A DNA stretch of 63,096 nucleotides, the filler included, from Reclinomonas americana ATCC 50394 (Eukaryota): the NCBI GenBank assembly GCA_048213135.1. It is 8 parts of 8 records of this genome, joined end to end, with 100 filler letters (N's around TTAATTAATTAA, not from the genome) between each part and the next. Parts side by side here need not be neighbours in the genome. Positions count along the whole stretch, not along the records: positions 27,929 to 56,726 come from AFZH01020656.1; positions 56,827 to 61,205 come from AFZH01020657.1; positions 61,306 to 63,096 come from AFZH01020664.1; 5 more parts are not named here. One strand, given 5' to 3'. Every line of letters begins with the position of its first letter. Position 1 is the first letter of the stretch. A program made the position numbers and the translations under genes. A model generated the notes under the pieces. The model did no database searches. It was not told where the DNA came from and saw only the letters and a program-made list of their open reading frames with translations. Positions 54,075 through 63,096 of this stretch are shown here, piece after piece.

Positions 54075-55496
54075 TTATGCATGCTTCTTGTCCTCTGCAT
54101 CGTTGCGCACCTTTGCCGCCATGCCCCCGAGAATCGAAATCGCCAGTCTCTCGCTCAGCCATCTGCCGGGTCGTCGTGAGAGAGAGACGCGAGCGATTGC
54201 ACGATTGCAGCAACAAAACACGCAACGTCGGCACCAGAGTCAAGGCCATCAATTGCACCTGGTGCGCCCAGTACGGCATGAAGCTGTTGGAGCCTCGGGC
54301 GACGCAAGCAATGGCCGAGCGCGCAAAGGTGCGGGCCGAGCACTCGAAGGTGGTCTCCTTGGTGACGTGCTTGCTACTGAGCGGCGTCACCACGGTCGCC
54401 GGCAACACCGAGGCCACTCGGACCAGCGGACCGTACGGTCGGCATTCAAGCGACAGGGCACGAGAGAAGAAGTCCACAAACGCCTTGGTGCCGCAGTAGA
54501 TCGACAGGTAGGGGCTCGGCATGAGACCGACCATCGACGACAGGTTGAGAATGAGCCCGAGCCGGCGTTCGCGCATGCGCGGCAGCACCACGTGCGTCAT
54601 GCGCAGCAGTGACTGATTATTGAGGCGCAGCGTGCGGCACGAGGCCTCCACATCCGTATCGGCCACCTCTGCGCACCACCACCACGCACATCAGCACCTC
54701 GAGCAAACCAACCAGCCGCGAGTGCACCACACCTCGCATGTCGGCCTCGTTGCCGCCGACATTGTTGACCAGCAGCGTCACATCCAACGGCGCCAGGAAC
54801 TGCTCCACCGCAGCGTAGGTGCCGTCGAGATCAGGCGAGCTAAAGTCGACCGACAGCACACGACTCTCCACGCCGTGATCTTGCAAGTGTGGAGGTGAGA
54901 AGCGCGCGACAACTCAACGAAGAAAGGTTATACTGTACTCACCACGTCGAATGTCGGCAGCAATGGCCTCCATCTTGACGAGTGTGCGACTGATGATGGC
55001 CACGTTGAAGCCGAGAGCGGCCAGCTCCAGCACAAACGCCTTGCCCTGCGCGTGTGAGAAGAGAGAGACAGGTCATCGCCAATGACACATTCACACAGCA
55101 CAGGATGCAAGAGTCGCAACAATGCCGTCGGAGCCACCAGTCACTGCATGCAACATGAGACACACACACGAGAGGCATACAGCACAGGAGAGGCACAAGA
55201 CTCACCGACCGCCCACACGCCCTGCAAGAGTGCACACAATGCAATCATCAGTCACACATTTCTCCGCATTCTCTCTCTCACACACACACACACTCGCGCA
55301 CTCTGTCTCCTCTCTCACGCCCACGTGTGTGCACCTTGCGAGGCATCCACGGAGCCAGTGCCTTGCGCAGATTCTCATCCTTCATCGGTCCGAGCACCGA
55401 GAAGCGCACCCATTGCACAGTGACCCACACCCACTTGGCCACAATCAGCGCGCCCACCACGCCAAACACCCAACACAAGCCGCACGTGACTGACAT
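54075..55496 (-). CDS. SDR, very-long-chain 3-oxoacyl-CoA reductase type (HSD17B12/IFA38-like)
   Basis: N-terminal TM, WAVVTGGSDGIGKAF, LLVNNVG, YCGTKAFVDFFSRAL, and a C-terminal KKHA* ER-retrieval (KKxx) motif. Confidence 0.88.
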
Positions 55497-55547
55497 TCGT
55501 GTTGTGATGACAACAGAGAGAGGACTTTACGAGCGCGTAGGACGCAA

Positions 55548-56522
55548 TCACAAACGGTGAATGGTGTGGTGATCGGTGACGGCCGACAAGTTGTCGAGTG
55601 AGTCCCAGATGCGATACAAGAACTGCTCCTGGATCTTGAAGAACCAGGGTGAGAGCAGCACATCGTGGCGATCGGCGTCGCGAATGAAGTGCTGCATCTC
55701 CTGCTTGGTAAAGTATCGCGTCTCCTTGATCTCGTTCGGGTTGGCCTCGTGCGACACGTTCTTGCGCACCACCAAGATGTGATCGACTGCATAAAGGAGG
55801 AGTGTGACTACATGAAAGGCAGTTGCTTGGTTGGTCGTTCACGCGCGCAACTCTCGTGCTCGCCCCACACGCCATCCGACGGCGCCATGTAATGCAACCG
55901 CGTAATGTACGTCATGTCGTCGGTGCTCACATCGGTGATGCTGAGCTCCTGCTCCAGCTTGCGCACTGCTGCTCTCTTCACGCCCATGTTCTGCGGCAGC
56001 TCGCTGTCCATCTCCTCCGGGTAGAATAGCGGGTGTGAGCAGCACGTGTTGGTCCAGTAGCCGGGGAAGGTGATCTTGGAGTCGGCGCGCTGGTGCATCA
56101 GCAGCCGGTTGTGCGAGTCGAAGATGAACACGGAGAAGGCGCGATGCAGCATGCCCTGGCTGATGTTGCTCATCAAGTGGCCTGCCCAGCATTCAGCACA
56201 TTGTGCATGCAACATGCAGAGGGAATCGATGCACGCAACAGGTCTGCTTGGTCGCACTGCCAATGGGACTATCGTCGATATCAACCAGAATGCACTCCTC
56301 CTTCATCAGTGCCACCTGCACGGCATCAAAGCCCTCCAGCTCCGGGTCGACGGGCTCCAGCGGTCCTTCGGTCAGCGCGCTCATGCTCTTCCTGCGTGTT
56401 CCTAATGGCGATGCGACGCTTGTCAGAGTGCGTCTCCACAGGCCACGACTACTACTACTGATGGCGAGAGGAGAGCGAGTGCGAGCGAGGAGAGAGAGGA
56501 GGCTGCGCGACATGTGCGCCAT
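55548..56522 (-). CDS. IDI1: Isopentenyl-diphosphate delta-isomerase type 1
   Basis: EECILVD...CHLM...LHRAFSVFIFD...QRADSKITFPGYWTNTCCSHPL...WGEHEIDHIL...SPWF...TIHRL*. Confidence 0.96.
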
Positions 56523-56945
56523 GAGAATGAGAAGTTTTTTTGCGAAAAATGAGAATTTTCGAAAAACGAAGCGACCTTCTCCGCCTCTCCTCCTTTCCCC
56601 AGACAGGGACGACAGCGAAAGAGAAGAGGCGTGGAGATCATTGGATGCTCACTGGGGGTGTGCGAGCGCGCACCTTTTTTTCGCACAAATCGATTCGATT
56701 TCCACTGGATGGCCGACGGACAGACCNNNNNNNNNNNNNNNNNNNNNNNNNNNNNNNNNNNNNNNNNNNNTTAATTAATTAANNNNNNNNNNNNNNNNNN
56801 NNNNNNNNNNNNNNNNNNNNNNNNNNGAGAGTGCGCTGTGTGACAAGTGTGCACGCTGTCATGCGGTTGTAGTAGTAGTGGCTAAGGGGAGGCACTTGTG
56901 GTCAACGGTGGTGCGTGTGTGTGTGTGTGTGTGTCTTACGCGGCC

Positions 56946-57380
56946 ATGCGCATCTTTGTTGTCACAGGCTGCCCCGCTCCTCGCCTGATCTTTGCCGGTC
57001 ACTGCATGGACGACTGCGCATCACTGGCGGCGTCGGGTGTGACCCGCGATGCTCTGCTGCACGCGACTGCCGACCTGCGCGGCGGTGCCAAGAAGCGCAA
57101 GAAGAAGGTGTACACCAAGCCCAAGAAGGTGCCGCACAAGCACAAGTCGGTGCGCCTGCAGGTGCTCAAGTACTACAACGTGAACCGCGATGGCGAGCTG
57201 CAGAAGATCCACAAGGAGTGCCCTCATGAGGAGTGCGGTGAGTCGACGACGACGACAACAGTAGAAGATGATGGTTTATCGATGCTGATTGTGTGTTTGG
57301 TAGGCCCGGGCATCTTCTTCGCGAAGCACGCCAACCGCCTCTACTGCGGCAAGTGCCACATGACTGCCGACAACGCGTAA
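56946..57380 (+). CDS. RPS27A: Degenerate ubiquitin-like domain fused to ribosomal protein eS31
   Basis: ...RLIFAG...LRGG|AKKRKKKVYTKPKK...LQVLKYY...KECPHEEC|GPGIFFAKHANRLYCGKCHMT. The 5' start is ambiguous. Confidence 0.92.
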   Translation: MRIFVVTGCPAPRLIFAGHCMDDCASLAASGVTRDALLHATADLRGGAKKRKKKVYTKPKKVPHKHKSVRLQVLKYYNVNRDGELQKIHKECPHEECGESTTTTTVEDDGLSMLIVCLVGPGIFFAKHANRLYCGKCHMTADNA

Positions 57381-57594
57381 CCAGCTCGTGCCAGCGATCG
57401 AATTAGCGTGTTGTTTGAGTGCGTCGTTTGGTGTACTGCGTTTGGTCTCTTGGTCATGCATGGTGTGTCGGGTGGCGCTTGTCAAGTGAGTGGGTTGATA
57501 CATTATGCGTTACACTTGTCCACCCCCGTGCACTGCGTGTGAAGAGGCGGGAGGGGAAGGGGTAAAAGAATGCGATGGTTGGGTGACTGACGGA

Positions 57595-60500
57595 TCAGGT
57601 GCGAAGTTGGGCGCCCGGTGACGCGGGCGTCACTACTTGTCGTGCCTTGCCCGCCGAACCGTACTTGAGTGCCGAAAACGCTCCCTGAGAGCGCTTCAAG
57701 CGTGCAAAGGGCGACCCTCCGTTGGTGGCGTCGCTCTCGGCCGCTGCCGCTCGCTCCCGGGCCTCCTGTTCTTGCAGTCGAGTGGCCTCGAGAGCCACGA
57801 GCATGGCCGCATGTCGCTGTGTTTCACACACACGTCAGCACAGCAGAGAAAGAGGCGGATGAAGATACAATATGCACACTGAAGAAAAATCACCATTTCC
57901 TTGGTCTCCGGATCGGCATCGGTGGGATCGGTTGAGTCGAGCGAATCCTCCGACACTGTCGAAGCTCGCGAGGGTGCAGTGGGAAGCGGCTGCGGCGTGC
58001 GGCCAAGAGAGCACTCCTTGGCACACGCCAGTTCATTGTACAGCGCCGCCACGGCGTGGTCCATGGTTTGCATCTGCCAAACACATGAGAATTTCACCAG
58101 CCAGTTTCGCCCCATCAAAAAAACAAACAAACCTTGCAAGTGAGGAACTCGTGCAAATGTACCATGTCGTTCAGTTCCTCCTCGCTGGCCTCGTCAGTCG
58201 GGATCTGCAACAGCTTCTGGAACGAGTGCAATTCGCTCGTCGTGTCGTGAAGTGTTCTCGACAAGACGGCGCGGAAAATCTGTCACGACGGCGTCAGCCA
58301 CTCGCCCGACCTGCGCAGCCGCTGCATTCGCCACACCGACTCACCTTGGCCTGCGTGAGATGCTTAAACGCCATGGCCACGTCAAACTCGGCATCAAACT
58401 GCTTCATCGACGCCGCGACTTGCAACGGTGCCGCGGCAGCCTCGGACGACACAATGCCAACCGCCGCTCGAATGGAGGCGCGCTGCAACTCCTTCCGCAA
58501 CACCGTGTTCTCTGCCGACGCTTGTGCCAACTACAAAACACACCGAGTCAGTCAATAATTGAATCACAAAGGGAAGTCTCTGCATCTCGTCACGCAACTT
58601 GGTGCTGCGTAAACTCGAGTTCCACATTGAGAATGTGCTTGTCGGCCTCCAGCATGTTCAGGCGCAACTTGAGCTCACGAGTGAGGTCGGCCAGTCGTCG
58701 CGAATCGTCGTCTTCCTCGTCGCCACCCTCTGCACTTTGCTTGCCAGCCGCTGCGCCAGGGCTGTCGCCACTGGCCGTCGCCGACTCCTCCGCAGCCAGG
58801 GCACTGGTGGCCTCGTTGCCGGGGGCCGGTGGGGGAGACGACTGCAATGCTCCAGCCGCCGCCGCAGCAGCAGCAGTGGCGATTCGAGTGCGTGGCGTCA
58901 GTAGTATGGGCGACCACTTGTTCTCCATCTGTCTTCTGTACTCGAGCTCGATCAGATCGTCGGGACTCGGTTCCGTTTGCTCACCTGCGGGTGGCGTCAG
59001 TCAGCGCCTTCTTCACACAAATCACAACCAACCACACGGCACTGTGCACGCACGTTTCAGTTGCTGCACGACATCTGTCATGTGTTTCAGCTCGTCGCGC
59101 AGCTCCGACTGTGCACGATCGGTGCTCGCTCGGTGCTGCTCGAAAGCCGATCCCGCAGCACTCATGGCCTCGGATCTGCAAACGGTCCCACAGTCATCAT
59201 GGCTGTCATTGGGTAGCAGATCCTCTCCCCTCCCTCACCTTGCCGGCGATCCGCTGACTGTGGTGTGCATCAGCAACACGTCGGCACGCAAGCGCTTCGT
59301 CTCCTCTCGCAGTTGATCGATTTCGCCGTTCTTCAGCTGCAGGATCTTGATCCACTCTGAACAACACACCTCACATAAGTGCACAGACCCTCACACAGTC
59401 GCGGCGGCGGCGAGGCAATGCGCACACACCAGCAGTGAACGGATCAGCGTGCATCGCGTCCGACACATCGGCATCTCCTAATCTGTCGACCGCAGACGGA
59501 GCGACCTTGGGCGGTGCACTGGTCAACGAGTGCATCTCCTTTAGCTGCATCTCCAGCGACATGACCTGCGGAGCGAGGTAACTCTTTTGAGCATCACCAC
59601 GAAAAGAAGAATTGAGACACTGCTGCAAACCTTGCGCTCCAGCGACATGGTCTTCGTGTCGTGCTCCAGCTTCATCTGATCGCGGGCAATTTCGGCGTCG
59701 GCCAATTGCTGTGCCAAGTGCCGCGACTCCTCGCGTGCGTACTCCAGCTGCGAGGATGCGTGCAGAGTCAGATGGCATGTCAATCAGCCTGGCACACAAG
59801 CGCATCGCACCTGCAAGTTTGCCTGCTCCAGCTTTCGGGTGACCTTCCACTTGGCCACCTCCAGCAAACTCGCCTCATCCCTCCACCTCTTCTCGTTCTC
59901 CTCGTGCTCCCGACGCAGCTGTTGGTAGCCTCTCACCACGTGAGCACACAAGATTGCCGACTATATCACTCTGCCTCTATTGCCTCCCACTCTCTTTCCT
60001 TATCTCTCACACCTTCCCATGTTGCCTCTCACTCTCCTTCTCCTGTTTCTCATTCTCCCTCCCTTGCCTCTCACTCTCCTCCTCTTGTTTCTCACTGTCC
60101 TTTCCTCATCTCCCACACCCGTATTTGCTCACCTGCTGCTGCTTCAGAAACAGCTTGGCCACCTCGCCCTTCCATCGCAGCAAGTGACCCTCGGCTTCGG
60201 CGTACTTTTCCTGCAGCTCTGCGACCTCCTCGCGCAACTGGATCACCCACCACCCGCACAATGTGAGACCACACAACCAGTTTCACCATCGCGACGCCAC
60301 GACGCACATTCTCCGCATCCATCGCCGCCTCGGCCGACTGCAACACCGAGGCACGAATGCGCTCCGCCTCGGCCTGCTCCAGCTGCCGAACGCGAAACTC
60401 CTTGGCCTTGACCTGCGTCCCACAACGAGAGTGAGCACACATCCTCCCTCTCTCCACACACATGCCACTCACCTCCTGCTTCAGCTCCTCCACCTCCACG

Positions 60501-60850
60501 CGCAGCCTCTCATTCTGCACCTGCGCGTCGGCCGCCAGCTGATGATTGGACTGCTGCATCTCCAGCAGCCGCTCCCGCAGCGTGACAATCTCTCGCTCCT
60601 TCACCATCAACACCTCCTCGTTCTCCAAGTTCTTGGCGCGCGATCGCGCCGACGGAAGGTCACTGGCATTCGACCGTGGCGACACACCCTGCTCTCCGCC
60701 CACCTCCAGCGCGCCTCCGCTGCTATCCTCGGGCGGACGCAACAGCTGCGCGTCACTCTGCGGCAGTGCCAGTGTCGGTACTGTCACCTCGGCCTCTGTC
60801 TCTGCCGCCGCCGCCGCCGCTGCCACTGCTGCTGCGTGCTCCTCGCTCAT
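57595..60850 (-). CDS. Long coiled-coil protein, multi-exon
   Basis: MSEEHAAAV...KEREIVTLRERLLEMQQSN...RLADLTRELKLRLNMLE...; heptad-rich exons on the minus strand. Confidence 0.65.
59985..60120. repeat. Degenerate CT-rich minisatellite (unit about 21 nt, ...tctcactctcc...) inside an intron
   Basis: Repeated gcctctcactctcc / gtttctcattctcc units. Confidence 0.6.
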
Positions 60851-61313
60851 CTGAGCCGCCGCAGACGGAGTCAGCGTGGACGTCGGCGAACGACCTCCCC
60901 GGCCTGTATTCTCACGCGCGCGCGCACATGAGGGAGAGAGAGAGAACGAGCATGTTGAGCGCGAGGACACCAACCTGCGCGAGAGGCCTTGGGGAGTCGC
61001 GACCCCACCGGGCCGCCTCCGAGTCCACCCGGCCCGCCCACTGCACCGAGTGCAGCCGCGCTCACCAGAGAAGGAGACCGTTCACGCCCTCCTCCTCCTC
61101 CTCCTGCACCACCACCGCGCCCTCCACTGTCAGTCGCATGCGGCGAGTCACTGAGCTCCTCTTGCATGTTGATGAATGACTACAAGGGGAGGTGAGAGTC
61201 GCTCGNNNNNNNNNNNNNNNNNNNNNNNNNNNNNNNNNNNNNNNNNNNNTTAATTAATTAANNNNNNNNNNNNNNNNNNNNNNNNNNNNNNNNNNNNNNN
61301 NNNNNCTCGTCTC

Positions 61314-61362
<49 letters not shown>

Positions 61363-61695
61363 TTCTGGTCTTTCTCTCTCTCACACACACAACCAAACAA
61401 ACAAACTCTCTTTTCCACTCTTTTCCCCTCTCTGCCTCTCTCTTGTCTCTCAGTCACAATTACACCCTCTCTCTCTCTCACACGCACTGCCCCTCCTTCG
61501 CTTCCCGGATCCCACTGCTCTCCTTCTTGTTCTGTATTTCTCGACGATGATATGTATTTCTCTTGCACTCGCTCCCCTTTTCCTTCTCCCTTTCACATAA
61601 TCAACTCCAGTGCATACTGCCTCTTCCCGTTGCCTTCCCCTCTTCCTCCCCCTGTCTTCTCTCCCTTCCCCTCTTCCCCTTCCCCTCTTACTCAC

Positions 61696-62442
61696 ATCCA
61701 TCTGCGCCCATATACATGGATCCTCCTTGAGCTGCCGCACCCACATGCACTGCGGCTGGAAGAAGCGCGCTCGAATCAATCCCTGCATGTCCGGATCGAT
61801 GCGGATCCAGTGAATGTTCGAGTCGTTTCTGTTGGGGAAAAACGAGTCAGCAGAGGACAGCATTCGGTGCTCGAAAAACAGCAGTCCCATCGCAACTGTT
61901 CGTCGAGTTGCGGCTCAAAGTCCTCACCAGCCTTCAGATACTTTTTCGGCTTGGAGGCGCACTCGTAGCGCTGCAGAATGTACTTGCGATTGACGTTGAC
62001 GAGGCATGTGTATCGGCGCGTCTTTTCTTCCACGGCAATGTTGAGAGGGATCTGCGTCGAGACCAAAGTGTAAGAGCAATGTGGCGCACATACACACACA
62101 CATGCACATCACTGCATGTGGACGCACCGAGGCCTTGGAGTCGGCAAAAATGTGCGCATTCAACACATGAATGCCGAATGTGATGACGTTGAGACGGTGA
62201 TCGTAGCGGAAGCTGATCTCCATCTCGGGACACCCCTTTCCGTACACCCACAAAGCAAAGAATTCGGTGAAGACGGGATCGATGCGCGACAGGGCCTTCT
62301 GCAGCTCCTTAGTCCCTAGCCGCCGATGTGCCACTCGCTCGGCGTTCTGGGCGCAGGCTTGCAGCGTCTGGCTGATCATCTGCACGTGGAGAAAGAGGCC
62401 ACCATCAACACAACAGGCAGAGCCTTTCCCTCTCTTCTCTCT

Positions 62443-62476
<34 letters not shown>

Positions 62477-62677
62477 TTTGTGCGGGTGTTCTCTTTCTCT
62501 TCCTCGCCGAAGACATACCCTCTTGAATGGGTGATCGGTCGCCTTTTCCATCAACCGGAACACGGCGGCTGACTTTTGCGTCACCACCTCCGAGACAAGT
62601 TCGGCGGGGTGCGCAAAGTCGTCGGTGGTGCACAGCGGTTGCACGCCAATGTCGTGGTCGCACACCCATTCGTGGCG
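61696..62677 (-). CDS. TAF2: TFIID subunit 2, internal exons
   Basis: FFALWVYGKGCP...F.Y and NDSNIHWIRIDPDMQGL...QPQCMWVRQLKEDPCIWAQ match the TAF2 WIRIDPD...Q..MW..QL...AQ signature. Confidence 0.85.
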
Positions 62678-62761
62678 CTGTGGTGGTGGGGGAGAAGAGG
62701 AGGGAGAAAGTGAGAAGGGTAAGAGATTAAAGGGAGAAGGTGGGAGAGGCACAAAGTGTGC

Positions 62762-63016
62762 GTGTGTGTGTGAGAGAGAGACAGAGGAGAAAAGAATGAG
62801 TGAGAGAAACTGACAAACAGAGACAGACGGCAGAGATATGTTCAACGAGAGAGAATGAATGTGATGTGAGAGAGGGAGAGAGAGAGAAGGAGAGAGAGAG
62901 TGAGAGGGGGGAGGCACAGCGTGTGTGTGTGAGAGAGGAGAAAAGAATGAGTGAGAGAAACTGACAAACAGAGAGACACAGACGGCAGAGATATGTTCAA
63001 CGAGAGAGAATGAATG
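62762..63016. repeat. Direct duplication of about 95 nt in GA-rich intronic DNA
   Basis: aagaatgagtgagagaaactgacaaacagaga...gacggcagagatatgttcaacgagagagaatgaatg occurs twice, about 150 nt apart. Confidence 0.8.
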
Positions 63017-63033
63017 CGAGAGAGGGAGAGAGA

Positions 63034-63078
<45 letters not shown>

Positions 63079-63096
63079 AGAAGAGAAGAAGAACGG

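Noticed and set aside
53719..54666. Apparent SDR-SelH fusion ORF (315 aa)
   Set aside because: It reads through an intron at 54226. The spliced SDR ends KKHA* at 54075 and SelH has its own ATG.
61832..61896. Apparent frameshift in TAF2, and similar ones in other genes
   Set aside because: They are resolved by short GTTGCG...AG introns; these are not pseudogenes.
1..63096. Alternative genetic code, rRNA/tRNA genes, transposases
   Set aside because: TAA and TGA terminate conserved genes normally and the only in-frame stop is the SelH UGA. I recognised no RNA-gene or transposon signatures by eye.

Overview
Gene-dense, intron-rich nuclear DNA from a GC-rich eukaryote, probably an aerobic flagellated protist (CLUAP1/IFT38 and COQ6 are present; species not identified). 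It is assembled from 8 contigs joined by artificial 100-nt N44-TTAATTAATTAA-N44 spacers. Introns are mostly about 55-130 nt, so the ORF track fragments the genes; I rebuilt them by manual splicing and recalled homology, without database searches. Recognisable genes are CLUAP1, VPS16 (5' part), RPS21, RPL11, COQ6, a zf-UBP-sirtuin fusion, selenoprotein H (CKSU), a 3-ketoacyl-CoA reductase-type SDR, IDI1, a UBL-eS31 fusion and TAF2 (fragment). There are also a tankyrase-like PARP domain, an EF-hand/purple-acid-phosphatase protein, a CBM48 protein and two giant surface proteins. The main finding is a second, very common class of 5' splice site, GTTGCG(T). It is a +1-shifted version of the ordinary GTGCGT/GTGAGT donor and is used almost only when the last exon base is not G. 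It also delimits 4-nt and 8-nt microexons, one of them immediately after the PARP catalytic Glu.
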